Virus record (IMG/VR): IMGVR_UViG_3300043464_002317
Location: 1-64,000 of that record
DNA length: 64,000 bases
Source of the DNA: a virus
Reading direction: 5' to 3' (one strand)
Made by a program: the position numbers and the translations under genes. Under the pieces are notes generated by a model. It was not told where the DNA came from and made no database searches. It saw nothing but the letters and a program-made list of their open reading frames with translations. Position 1 is the first letter of the stretch. Each line of letters begins with the position of its first letter. Positions 27,530-37,269 of the stretch are shown here, in pieces.

Positions 27530-29265
27530 AACTAAAAGAATTTGATAAGGAAGAAGTAATTGAATTTTTTCGCTCTCTAAATAGAAAAATAGAGAGCTTA
27601 ACTTGTTTTGTAAAAGAGTGCTGTGAAAAAGTCCCTATAAATATAGGAAATGGTGCAAAAATTTATAAAAGGTTTTTTAATAATAAATGGGAATTTAAGA
27701 GTTTAATTCCTGGGGCTAATATCGGAATAACTGAGACTGAAAATGAAATAGTTGTTTCTAATACTATGCCTCCAGTAAGTTGTGATTATATTGAAAATTG
27801 TATTGGCATTACACCTTTAGGAGATGCAAATAAATACTTAAATGAACAAGGAGATTTTTTAACAATAACAGTTCCTCCTTCGTTTATACAGTCAATATCT
27901 GACACATCAAACATTGACCTTACTGTTACAGGAACAACTTTATCTGCCGATTTAACAAATACTACAGTTACACCTGCTACTTATGGAGATGCAAACAATA
28001 TTCCTCAAGTAACAGTAGATAGTAAAGGAAGAGTAACAAATGTTACAGATATTCCTATTACAATTCCACCTAATTTTATAGACAGTGTTTCTGATACTTC
28101 TTCTATAGATTTAACAGTTACAGGTACTACACTATCGGCAGATTTTATAAATAATGCAGGATATACAACTAACACAGGAACTGTTACTTCTGTAGATTTA
28201 ACAATGCCAAGCGCATTCACTGTATCTGGTAATCCAATAACAACTTCTGGAACTTTAGCAGTAACGGGTGCAGGATTAGTTAGTCAATATGTAAGGGGAG
28301 ATGGTACGTTAGCTAATTTTCCAGCATCAACAGGCGGAGGTGCTTCACAATCATTTTATTTGAATGGTTCGGTTTCGCAAGGTACTTTTGGAGGAATAGC
28401 ATGTAAAGAAATGGACAGAGTACCAATATTAGGCGCAGGTACTGATTTCACTATAAACACCAACGGATATATTCAATCTTTTATTACAGATGCTAACGTA
28501 CCTAATCAATTACAAATACCAGCAGGAAATTGGAACTTTGAAACCTATTTTAGTGCGTCAAGTGGTGGTGGTTCGCCATCTTTTTATGTAGAATTATACA
28601 AATGGGATGGAGCGACATTATCATTAATAGCTTCAAGTTCAGCAAATCCCGAAGGTATTACAAACGGAACGGCAATAGATTTATATTTAACTGCTTTAGC
28701 AGTTCCACAAACAGCATTATTAGCAACGGATAGATTAGCAGTTAGAATATATGTTAGTAACAGTGGTAGAACAATTAAATTGCATACAGAAAATGGTCAT
28801 CTTTGTCAAGTTATTACAACATTTTCAACTGGAATAACAGCATTGAATGGTTTAACCGACCAAGTTCAAAACTTATCAGTTGGTACAAGCGGAACTGATT
28901 TTGCGATTAGTTCAATAAGTCCAACGCATACATTTAATTTACCAACAGCAAGTGCATCAAATAGAGGTGCTTTGAGTTCAGCGGATTGGACAACTTTTAA
29001 TGGCAAAGTAAGTTCTGTTTCAGCAGGAACAAATATATCAATTACAGGAACGGCAACCAGTCCAATAGTTAATAAATTAAATTCTGAAAGACGTAATGAC
29101 TGGGTAGCACCTTATTCTTATTGTGGAACAGCTCCAAATGGTTCAGCAGAATCAGCATCAGTGTGGACAATATATAGAATACAAGTAGCAAGTGATGGAA
29201 CGGTGACTACATTATCAGCTACAAATGTAGCATGGACAGATAGATTAATAGCAATATATACATAA
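27526..29265 (+). CDS. tail/head fibre protein
   Basis: TVDSKGRVT, GTVTSV and NLPTASASNRGALSSADWTTFN fibre motifs; duplicated DTSxIDLTVTGTTLSAD. Confidence 0.75.
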   Translation: MKLKEFDKEEVIEFFRSLNRKIESLTCFVKECCEKVPINIGNGAKIYKRFFNNKWEFKSLIPGANIGITETENEIVVSNTMPPVSCDYIENCIGITPLGDANKYLNEQGDFLTITVPPSFIQSISDTSNIDLTVTGTTLSADLTNTTVTPATYGDANNIPQVTVDSKGRVTNVTDIPITIPPNFIDSVSDTSSIDLTVTGTTLSADFINNAGYTTNTGTVTSVDLTMPSAFTVSGNPITTSGTLAVTGAGLVSQYVRGDGTLANFPASTGGGASQSFYLNGSVSQGTFGGIACKEMDRVPILGAGTDFTINTNGYIQSFITDANVPNQLQIPAGNWNFETYFSASSGGGSPSFYVELYKWDGATLSLIASSSANPEGITNGTAIDLYLTALAVPQTALLATDRLAVRIYVSNSGRTIKLHTENGHLCQVITTFSTGITALNGLTDQVQNLSVGTSGTDFAISSISPTHTFNLPTASASNRGALSSADWTTFNGKVSSVSAGTNISITGTATSPIVNKLNSERRNDWVAPYSYCGTAPNGSAESASVWTIYRIQVASDGTVTTLSATNVAWTDRLIAIYT

Positions 29266-29277
29266 AATAAAAAAAAT

Positions 29278-29574
29278 ATGCCTTTAATAAGCACACAACC
29301 AACAATAGTAGACGGAAAAGAATATCCATTTTTAGCATTAAATATGGCGGTAAGTCCATTTTGGCAACCTCAATATGTAGGTGGTTCAATAGCTTTAAGA
29401 TTTACTCCATTTAGATATGATGAAAATCATAATGTAGAAAAATTAGAAAATCCTGATTATCAAAAAGTACTTAGCTTAATGGATGTATTTGATAATGGTA
29501 CAACCGAGGAAAAAGATATTGCAAATAAAATAATGCTACAAATTCAAGAATTAATTAATTATAAAGGTTTTTAA
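29278..29574 (+). CDS. hypothetical protein (possible fibre chaperone)
   Basis: 98 aa between fibre genes. Confidence 0.65.
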   Translation: MPLISTQPTIVDGKEYPFLALNMAVSPFWQPQYVGGSIALRFTPFRYDENHNVEKLENPDYQKVLSLMDVFDNGTTEEKDIANKIMLQIQELINYKGF

Positions 29575-30698
29575 TGGCAACTATAACATCAGCAGCAACA
29601 GGCAATTGGTCAGCAGGCGCTACATGGGTTGGAGGAGTTCCTCCTACATCAGTAGATGATGCTGTAATTGGTGCAGGACATACTGTAACACTTGACGTTG
29701 ATGCAACAGTAATTAGTTTAAGTGGTGCTGCTAATGCAGCTTCAAATTTAGCAATAACAACAAGCAGGAATTTTACTTGTACAGGGGCTAATGGAATAAC
29801 ATCTAAGACTGTATCAAATGGAGGTGCTTTAGTCAGAATAACAGGGGTGGGAACTACAGTTAATATTAATTCTAACATATCTCATACAGTTGCAGTTGCA
29901 GGAACAGGAACTTTTGCTTTACAGGTTTCAACAATATGCACAGTAAATATTGTTGGTAATATAATTGTAGGTGATAATATAAATCATGCTACTTTAGTTA
30001 TTGACGCTGCAACTGTTAATATAACAGGTAATGTAAGTGGTGGTAGCAATGCAATCAGAGTAAATGGAAATTCAACTCTTAATATAACAGGAAATGTTAC
30101 AGGTGGAGCTGCAGGCACACAAGCTACAATAGCTAACGCAACATCAGCTTGTACAATAAACATTACAGGAAATTGTACTGCTCAAACAAATATTGCATTA
30201 ACGTCTGCACAAAATAGTACAATTACAATAGTTGGAACAATAACAGCTAGTAGTACAGTAGTTGGAGTTAATATGTCATCTGGAAATATTACAATTTCCA
30301 CACCTTGTCTAAACGGCACAAATGGTGCAATGGCAGTATCAGCTCCAATTGTAAAAATATACAGTAGTGCAATTGCAAGTTGGGGATTTTTAACAGATAT
30401 TCCAGCAACTAATAAATTTCTTTATTCAGCAGGGGTAGCACTTGGCAACCCAGTAATAGGAGATGTTAGAGATGGAACAGTATATGGAGCATCAAATGAA
30501 TTAACAGGCTCATTAATTATGGCAGTACCAAGTGATGTAAGAAAAAGTGTTCCTACAGATGCAACAGTTGGAACAGCAGATTTAACAGCACAAGACATAT
30601 TTACAGAAATAGCAAGTAGTTCTGACCCTATTGCTGTAAGATTAAGAAACATAGCAACAGTACAAACTACTGGAGCACAATTAGCATCATATAATTAA
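29574..30698 (+). CDS. beta-helix spike/fibre protein, paralog A
   Basis: G8-like N-terminus (GNWSAGATWVGG), INITGNVTG repeats, C-terminus shared with the next gene. Confidence 0.7.
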   Translation: MATITSAATGNWSAGATWVGGVPPTSVDDAVIGAGHTVTLDVDATVISLSGAANAASNLAITTSRNFTCTGANGITSKTVSNGGALVRITGVGTTVNINSNISHTVAVAGTGTFALQVSTICTVNIVGNIIVGDNINHATLVIDAATVNITGNVSGGSNAIRVNGNSTLNITGNVTGGAAGTQATIANATSACTINITGNCTAQTNIALTSAQNSTITIVGTITASSTVVGVNMSSGNITISTPCLNGTNGAMAVSAPIVKIYSSAIASWGFLTDIPATNKFLYSAGVALGNPVIGDVRDGTVYGASNELTGSLIMAVPSDVRKSVPTDATVGTADLTAQDIFTEIASSSDPIAVRLRNIATVQTTGAQLASYN

Positions 30699-30700
30699 TT

Positions 30701-31888
30701 ATGGCTGATAAGTATCCTACAATAAATGGAAATTGGAGTAATCCTCTTATTTGGAATGGATTATCTAAACCCATTGCAGGAGACGATGTATATGCAGATG
30801 GTAAGACTGTAACTATTGATGAAAATGTAAATGTCGGAACTATTAGAAATACGCTTAGAAGTGGTGGTACAACAGGAGGTGCTTTCTTAGTTACTTCTGG
30901 AGGGTTTACCATAACAACTACATCCGCACAAGGCTTTTTCCCTAACATAGGTACATACCTATTACAGTTAAGCCACACTACAGGAACAAACATAATAAAT
31001 GGCTCGATAGTCTGTCCAGGTACATCTAATAATGGTATATCAATTAGTGGTGTAGGTGGGACTACTAATATCAACGGAAACATAACAACTAATGGAGCTT
31101 CGATTGCTCTTCTTGTTTCAGCGGCAGCTACGGTTAATATAGTTGGCAATTTACAAGCAGGCACTTCATCAATTTGTTGCTCTATTACAGCAGCAGCAAC
31201 TTTAACTGTAATTGGAAATGTAACAGGGGCAGCAGGAGGTGGTGGTGCTGGTATAAACAATGCATCAGTAGCAGCAACAATTACTATAACTGGCAATGTT
31301 ACAGGACAAGCAGGTGCTGGGATAAGTAGCAATCAAAACTCTACAATAAACATAACAGGTAATCTTACAGCAAATAATACAAATGCTGTATCATTAACAG
31401 CATCACCAACAACAACAGTAGTTGGAACAATTACTGCTTCAAACAGTGCAGTAGGTTTAAACCAAACAGGAGGAACAGTTACTTTTTCAGGAACAGCAAT
31501 TAATGCAAGTAATGGTGCAATGGCTATTTATTGTCCTACTATTAGATTATACAATGCTAATACAGTAGAATGGAGATTTAGGGATGAATTAGGTAATGTA
31601 AAAACATTATACAGTGCAGGAATAGCATTAGGAAACCCTGCTATTACAAACGTAAGAAGTGGAATTACTTATGGAGCATCATTAGAATTAACAGGAACAA
31701 TGATAGTTCCAAGTCCAAGTGATGTAAGAATTTCAGTACCAACAGATAATACAGTAGGAACAGGACAATTAACAGCAGCAGATTTTCTTGCTGCAATAGC
31801 TGCTTCATCTGACCCTATAGCTGTAAGATTAAACAATGTATCTACAGTAGATACAAGTGGAGCACAAATGGCAAGTTATAACGTATAA
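30701..31888 (+). CDS. beta-helix spike/fibre protein, paralog B
   Basis: Same architecture as the 29574 gene; shared LYSAGxALGNP...SSDPIAVRL...GAQxASYN. Confidence 0.7.
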   Translation: MADKYPTINGNWSNPLIWNGLSKPIAGDDVYADGKTVTIDENVNVGTIRNTLRSGGTTGGAFLVTSGGFTITTTSAQGFFPNIGTYLLQLSHTTGTNIINGSIVCPGTSNNGISISGVGGTTNINGNITTNGASIALLVSAAATVNIVGNLQAGTSSICCSITAAATLTVIGNVTGAAGGGGAGINNASVAATITITGNVTGQAGAGISSNQNSTINITGNLTANNTNAVSLTASPTTTVVGTITASNSAVGLNQTGGTVTFSGTAINASNGAMAIYCPTIRLYNANTVEWRFRDELGNVKTLYSAGIALGNPAITNVRSGITYGASLELTGTMIVPSPSDVRISVPTDNTVGTGQLTAADFLAAIAASSDPIAVRLNNVSTVDTSGAQMASYNV

Positions 31889-31899
31889 AAATTAAATAA

Positions 31900-32028
31900 A
31901 TGGCAAAAACAAAACAAACTTCTGTAGGAACTTACAATCCAAAACCTAAGAGTAAGGGAAAATACAAGAAAAAATTAAATAAATCTGAAAAACTTTCGAC
32001 CAAACCTTACGTTGGACAGGGAAGATGA
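31900..32028 (+). CDS. small basic protein ending YVGQGR (42 aa)
   Basis: MAKTKQTSVGTYNPKPKSKGKYKKKLNKSEKLSTKPYVGQGR translated by hand; A-rich leader. Confidence 0.7.
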   Translation: MAKTKQTSVGTYNPKPKSKGKYKKKLNKSEKLSTKPYVGQGR

Positions 32029-32044
32029 AATAAAAATAGTGTTT

Positions 32045-32099
32045 CATAACAAAAAAAGTTATGTTTTCCAATCGTGTCTTAATTTTCAGTATATTTACA
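32045..32099 (+). promoter_or_regulatory. palindrome-associated late promoter (lysis/tail operon)
   Basis: Perfect CATAAC-A7-GTTATG, then TATATTTACA 32 nt after GTTA. Confidence 0.7.
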
Positions 32100-32128
32100 A
32101 CAAAATAACCCAGATATGGGCATACACC

Positions 32129-32857
32129 ATGGAAAAAATTAATAAAAACAAGATTTTTATTGGCGGCTTACTTTTACTACTTGTAGTATTATTGTTTCTA
32201 TTTCTCAAAACTTCCTTAGAAGTACAGAAACAAAAAAACTTACTATTAGATAAGAAAATGGAGTATTTAAAGATAGAAAAAAATTTCTATATAAAACAAA
32301 ATGCTTCTCTTATAGAAAAAATTAATTATTTAAAAAATAAAGACTTAGTTTTAAATACAAAAAAACAAAAAGAAGTTAAAGTTTTAAATAAAATAAAAGT
32401 AGATAAAAAAGATAAACTAGAAAAAATAAAGAAGGATACTTCAGTAGTAAACCAACTAAACACATTTTCTAAAAACATAGAAGATAGTGCAAAACTAAAG
32501 GACGACTCTGTTTATTTCCACAAAGATAACCTAAACGAAATAAATTTTACTTTTGAAGAAAACTCCTATTTAAAACAAGAGGTTAAACAATACGCAAATA
32601 TTCTAATTACTTCAGACTCAATATATAATAATCAAATATCTATAAACACATCAAAATCGGTAGTTATAAAAAATCAAGAAAGTATAATATCACTCCATAT
32701 AGATGAGAACAATTTCTTGAAAAACGAAAATACGAACTTAAAGAAAATTCAAAAAAAGCAAAAAACAATAAATATCATCAAAAATATTGCGTTTTTTGCA
32801 GGAGGGAGTTTAATAGGAGTCACATCTGGATTTCTAATTTCTAAATTTGCATACTAA
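32129..32857 (+). CDS. membrane-anchored coiled-coil protein, spanin-like (start MEKINK)
   Basis: N-terminal TM, long coiled coil, C-terminal hydrophobic segment; directly before the endolysin. Confidence 0.55.
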   Translation: MEKINKNKIFIGGLLLLLVVLLFLFLKTSLEVQKQKNLLLDKKMEYLKIEKNFYIKQNASLIEKINYLKNKDLVLNTKKQKEVKVLNKIKVDKKDKLEKIKKDTSVVNQLNTFSKNIEDSAKLKDDSVYFHKDNLNEINFTFEENSYLKQEVKQYANILITSDSIYNNQISINTSKSVVIKNQESIISLHIDENNFLKNENTNLKKIQKKQKTINIIKNIAFFAGGSLIGVTSGFLISKFAY

Positions 32858-33384
32858 TGGGAGATATATTTGAATTAGTCAAGTATTACGAATCCCTACA
32901 CGATGGAGATTTAAAAACTATTGGATTGCAACCAAAAATTTGCCCAGCAGGTTATTGGACTATAGGTTATGGACGAGTTATTAAAAACGAAAAAGGAGAG
33001 ATGTTAACATACAAAACTCCTTATAAAGATGTATTGAAGTATACTTTAGAAGACGAAAACGAAGCTTTAGCTTTACTAAAAGAAGATTTTGAAGATTACA
33101 GAAAAACAGTTAAACAAAATATTCATCCAAGTATTTTTTTAAAAAAATATGAAGAAGATAGTTTAACATCTTTTTGTTATAATGTAGGAAGAGGTAATTT
33201 TTCTAAAAGTACACTAGTAAAGCTACTAAATAAGAACGACAGGGTAGGAGCAGCTAATGAACTCTTGAAATGGTGCAAAGCAAAAGACCCGAATACTGGG
33301 AAGATGATTATTTTAAAAGGATTAGAAAAAAGAAGAAAAGCCGAGAAACATTTTTTTGAAACAGGAACTGTGAAACTATTTTAA
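32857..33384 (+). CDS. endolysin, GH24 lysozyme
   Basis: YES...CPAGYWTIGYG, SFCYNVG.GNF.KSTLVK, GLEKRRKAE. Confidence 0.93.
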   Translation: MGDIFELVKYYESLHDGDLKTIGLQPKICPAGYWTIGYGRVIKNEKGEMLTYKTPYKDVLKYTLEDENEALALLKEDFEDYRKTVKQNIHPSIFLKKYEEDSLTSFCYNVGRGNFSKSTLVKLLNKNDRVGAANELLKWCKAKDPNTGKMIILKGLEKRRKAEKHFFETGTVKLF

Positions 33385-33386
33385 CC

Positions 33387-33938
33387 ATGAGTTTATTACC
33401 TACATTAAATTTCGATATATTGCCTACTTACGATTCAAGGATATTAGGTATTTATGATTCGTCAGATTGGAAACATTTATCTTCAGAAGAAGCGTATTTA
33501 GATGTGACCACACCAGGAAAAAAATTTCCAGTAACAAAAATATTTTATAAAAATAAAACAACAATCTATAATAGTGCGACATTTGAGTTAACTTGTACAG
33601 ATTGCCAAGATGATTTAATTCCATTACCAGACGGATTATATCATTTTAAACTTTTTATATGTGAAGGTTCTAAATTCAGCACTGAAAAGTATCATCTTAG
33701 AACAGTTAAGCTGTTAGCAAGGTTAGACCAAATTCTTATAGATGCTGATTTTGGAAGTTGTAACCCACATCTTTGTAATTTTGACCATCTTGTTGAAATA
33801 GACTTAATGTTAAAAGGAGCTCACGCTAATATAAGATTTGGAAATATAGAAGAAGGGATGATTATTTATAATAAAGTTTTGGATAAAGTTAAACAATTAG
33901 AGACATGTGCGGATGTACCAAACCTAAGAAGCCAATAA
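33387..33938 (+). CDS. putative structural protein (crAss-like tail hub/ring)
   Basis: LPDGLY motif; synteny. Confidence 0.55.
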   Translation: MSLLPTLNFDILPTYDSRILGIYDSSDWKHLSSEEAYLDVTTPGKKFPVTKIFYKNKTTIYNSATFELTCTDCQDDLIPLPDGLYHFKLFICEGSKFSTEKYHLRTVKLLARLDQILIDADFGSCNPHLCNFDHLVEIDLMLKGAHANIRFGNIEEGMIIYNKVLDKVKQLETCADVPNLRSQ

Positions 33939-33951
33939 AAAAACCAGCTAA

Positions 33952-34194
33952 ATGAATGAGTCAACTCAACTTCGTGAAAATACTGTACAGTCTGTTTTAA
34001 AAAAAATAGATATGTGGTATGCTGATAAATCTTCTAAATTAGTAAGAAATATTCGTTTCGATACTAAATATAAGATAGATTTAGATAGATTTATACTATT
34101 ATCTATGTATGACAGAGTTCTATGCAGTCCAGTAAGAAATGAAGTTGAATTAGAAGGAGAATTTTTAGAAAAAGTAAAAAAAGCAATTAAATAA
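33952..34194 (+). CDS. hypothetical protein
   Basis: 80 aa, coupled to the next gene. Confidence 0.65.
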   Translation: MNESTQLRENTVQSVLKKIDMWYADKSSKLVRNIRFDTKYKIDLDRFILLSMYDRVLCSPVRNEVELEGEFLEKVKKAIK

Positions 34195-34679
34195 TGAGTA
34201 GTAATAAAAATAAAAGAACTTGCAAAAATTGCAGAGATTATGTCACAATATCTTGTGGAGAAGGAAAAACTTTTGCTCCTTGTGTAGGAGTAGAATATGA
34301 TTTTCCTGATTTCTCTTCATTATTAGACGATGACGGAGACCCAATACAATGTGCAACATTACAAGATGTCGTTGAAGATGTTTACACTATTTTAGAAGAC
34401 TGGCAACTAGATTTAACAGAATACGATAAAAAATGTTTAGATATAGAAGAAGTAACGGAATTTAATATTCTACAAGGTCTTACAGATTTAATTTGCGAAC
34501 ACGAAGAAAGAATAGATGCATTAGAAAATGTATGTAACATTTTAAATAAAAATATAACAGCTTGTGGATTAGATTTAACATGTTTAGAAGGTACTGATGA
34601 TTGCGATAATCCTGTAAACCTCAACACCCTTAAAGATGTTTTACAAGCATTAATTAACAAACATTGCCCAACACCTTAA
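34194..34679 (+). CDS. Cys-rich acidic structural protein
   Basis: Many Cys residues; LQALINKHC helical ends. Confidence 0.65.
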   Translation: MSSNKNKRTCKNCRDYVTISCGEGKTFAPCVGVEYDFPDFSSLLDDDGDPIQCATLQDVVEDVYTILEDWQLDLTEYDKKCLDIEEVTEFNILQGLTDLICEHEERIDALENVCNILNKNITACGLDLTCLEGTDDCDNPVNLNTLKDVLQALINKHCPTP

Positions 34680-35383
34680 TTATGAGTACTAAAAATTGCA
34701 CAAACTGCGACCCAGTTTATATAGAAAAATGTGACAAAGACATCTGTGATATTGAAGTCCCAGCAAACTGTGTTATTGTAAATGAAAAATACCCTTGTAT
34801 AGGAGTTAATACAAAACCAACTAAATTAAGCGTATTTTTACAAAAATTAGTAGACTATCTTTGTAACTTAGTCTTAGAAAGTTCTTGTACAGTAGCTGTA
34901 TCCTCAGACGACACTTGCTGTGGGTATTTAGAAGATAAATTTGTTTCAGATACTTTAGATATAGAAACAGAAACAGATGAAAACGATTGCCAGAAAATTC
35001 GTTTAGAGTACAATAATTGTGGTTTAGATTGGCAGAATATTACGCTAAATCTACCTTTTACTGGTGTAACTACAATACCCCCTGCCCCAGCAGTACAAAC
35101 TGCACAATATGCAGTTGACAATTGTGGTAAGGTGTATTTTAGAGGTTCTTTTCTAATTCCAAATGGTACAGATACTTCTATAGATAGCTTATTCTTTACT
35201 TTACCTTCAGGAGCAAGACCTTTACTTACTAGAGGAGCTTTAAATATTCGCCCTGCATCAAATTCTGGCGATTCTTATACAACTACCTTTTTACCAGACG
35301 GGCAGGTTAGGATAAGAGAGACTGTTACTTTTGATAGTACAGCTTACGTTCTTTTAGACGGTTTTTCATACGAAATAAATTAA
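34664..35383 (+). CDS. Cys-rich protein with C-terminal fibre-tip domain, paralog A (likely start 34682)
   Basis: WQNITL...VYFRG...FTLPSGARP...DGQV. Confidence 0.65.
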   Translation: MPNTLIMSTKNCTNCDPVYIEKCDKDICDIEVPANCVIVNEKYPCIGVNTKPTKLSVFLQKLVDYLCNLVLESSCTVAVSSDDTCCGYLEDKFVSDTLDIETETDENDCQKIRLEYNNCGLDWQNITLNLPFTGVTTIPPAPAVQTAQYAVDNCGKVYFRGSFLIPNGTDTSIDSLFFTLPSGARPLLTRGALNIRPASNSGDSYTTTFLPDGQVRIRETVTFDSTAYVLLDGFSYEIN

Positions 35384-35392
35384 AAAATTAAA

Positions 35393-35974
35393 ATGAGTCA
35401 TCACTTAAATTCTTGCGGAGAACCAATAAAACCATGTTGTAATACACATGACGATTGTTTAGGCTGCACCCATTATCATACTACAGACTGCATTACAGTA
35501 AATGATGATTATGAATGCCTTGAAGTTGAAAAAGGAGACTTATTGTCTACCGTTTTAGAAAAATTGTGCGAACAATCAACTCAAAATTGTACTTTAACTT
35601 GGCAAGATATTACCGTTAAATCTGCATATACTGTACCTGCGGTATTCAGTACACTTGCATTACAAATACCACAATTTGCAAAAAATGAATGTACAAATCA
35701 AGTTTATTTAAGAGGCACATTTATGATTCCACAAGGTAATCCAGACCCTAATTCTGCCTCAGCCTTTACATTACCATCAGGTTTTAGACCAGTAACCAAC
35801 CGTTTATTTCCGAACAGCTTATTCCCTTTAGATGGTTTTGACACTGCATCACAAAAATATACGTTATTATTAATTAAACCTAATGGGCAAGTTATACCAT
35901 CAGAAATAGCTGGAAATTCAGCCAACAGAGATTTATATTATTGTTTAGACGGAATCGTATTTGAAACAGATTAA
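35393..35974 (+). CDS. Cys-rich protein with C-terminal fibre-tip domain, paralog B
   Basis: WQDITV...VYLRG...FTLPSGFRP...NGQV. Confidence 0.65.
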   Translation: MSHHLNSCGEPIKPCCNTHDDCLGCTHYHTTDCITVNDDYECLEVEKGDLLSTVLEKLCEQSTQNCTLTWQDITVKSAYTVPAVFSTLALQIPQFAKNECTNQVYLRGTFMIPQGNPDPNSASAFTLPSGFRPVTNRLFPNSLFPLDGFDTASQKYTLLLIKPNGQVIPSEIAGNSANRDLYYCLDGIVFETD

Positions 35975-35997
35975 AAGGTGTGATTGGTTGCCTTTTA

Positions 35998-36036
35998 GGG
36001 GGGAGAGCACTACGTGCTACTCCCTCTTTTTTTTTT
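35998..36036 (+). terminator. Rho-independent terminator
   Basis: GGGAGAGCAC-TAC-GTGCTACTCCC followed by a T run. Confidence 0.85.
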
Positions 36037-36090
36037 ATAACTAAAAAAGTTATGAATTATAATTGTAACAATTTTTGTTGTATATTTGCA
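36036..36090 (+). promoter_or_regulatory. palindrome-associated late promoter (tail operon)
   Basis: TATAAC-N7-GTTATG, then TATATTTGCA 32 nt after GTTA. Confidence 0.7.
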
Positions 36091-36092
36091 AG

Positions 36093-36779
36093 ATGACGAA
36101 TCGTGAATTTGTAAGCAAAGTTAGGCATACACTCAAAACGCTCAATATTGACGAGCGTATGAGTAATAGATTTATTCTGCAAGTTGGAAGAGATTATGTA
36201 CAAAATATTCTCGCTAATCGACCATTAAGCGATATTCTTCGAGACAATTCGTTTAGCACTGTTTTAGAGTGTTTTCCAATGGAAAAATTAGACACTGTTA
36301 AATGCGATGTTGTAGAGTTCAGAACATGCCAAACAGTCATGAAATCTAAAAAAAAGATTCCAGACTTGTTTAATTCTAAAATAGGTTTATCTGTCATATC
36401 TGTTATAAATATAGATAGAACTATTGAATATCAACCACTTAGAAATATAAAAGATTTTATAAATGAGTCTAAAAGAATGTTCGGTAAACATTCTAAATAT
36501 TATTATATAACTAATGGTTATTTATATGTATTAAACTCTGAAACAGAATTAGTGCATATAGAAGGTCTTTTTATAGACGAAAAACAAGTTAAAGAAGCTT
36601 CAGATTGCACAGACTGTCCTGCTTGCACCAAGATTCTTGATATGGAATTTAAATGTCCAGCTAAATTCTTGAGTGTTATTCACGAGCAAGTTGCAAATAC
36701 GTTAAGACTTCCAAGAACGATAATAGAAGATGAAAACCCAGACGGAGACAGTAACCAAAAGTCAGAAAAACAAGCATAG
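36093..36779 (+). CDS. tail ring protein (crAss-like; start MTNREF)
   Basis: YYITNGYLYV motif; synteny; the promoter lies within the longer ORF extension. Confidence 0.65.
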   Translation: MTNREFVSKVRHTLKTLNIDERMSNRFILQVGRDYVQNILANRPLSDILRDNSFSTVLECFPMEKLDTVKCDVVEFRTCQTVMKSKKKIPDLFNSKIGLSVISVINIDRTIEYQPLRNIKDFINESKRMFGKHSKYYYITNGYLYVLNSETELVHIEGLFIDEKQVKEASDCTDCPACTKILDMEFKCPAKFLSVIHEQVANTLRLPRTIIEDENPDGDSNQKSEKQA

Positions 36780-37269
36780 GACTTATTCAAGAAGTACTTA
36801 TGTAGATAGTTCTTTTAGTGCGCACTCTGGTGCTCTTTATAAAATGTTTATAAAAACATATCCAGAATATAATTATCTTTCTTATAAAGAAATAATTCAA
36901 ACTTTCAACGAATTATTAGAATATATTGGAGAAACATTAATCAATTCTGAGCATGGAATTATTTTAGAAGGTATCGGATATTTTGGAATGCCATCATATA
37001 ATAAAAAAAGAATTCTTTTACCAAAAGTTCGCTTTTTAGACGATATTTATATAAATGACAGAGATAAAACAGATATATATACATCCGCATTTTTCCCACA
37101 TCTTTACAAAAATCTCGATGCAATGGCTTGGAGATTTCAATTAGATTTAAAATGGAGAAGAAGAATGAGAGATGTTATTATTAAGGGACATAAATACACC
37201 TGCCATGCAGAAGTGTTTAAAAAAATAAAAAACAATGGTAGAACTCGTATCTTTGGAGAATCTTATTAG
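36730..37269 (+). CDS. IHF/HU-like protein of the crAss tail module
   Basis: GIILEGIGYF HU-like motif; crAss-like synteny. Confidence 0.55.
   Translation: MKTQTETVTKSQKNKHRTYSRSTYVDSSFSAHSGALYKMFIKTYPEYNYLSYKEIIQTFNELLEYIGETLINSEHGIILEGIGYFGMPSYNKKRILLPKVRFLDDIYINDRDKTDIYTSAFFPHLYKNLDAMAWRFQLDLKWRRRMRDVIIKGHKYTCHAEVFKKIKNNGRTRIFGESY

Noticed and set aside
32012-32128. ORF-track N-terminal extensions (also 7920-7979, 19365-19409, 36075-36092)
   Set aside because: They start at non-ATG codons and overlap promoter or hairpin elements; downstream ATGs fit better.
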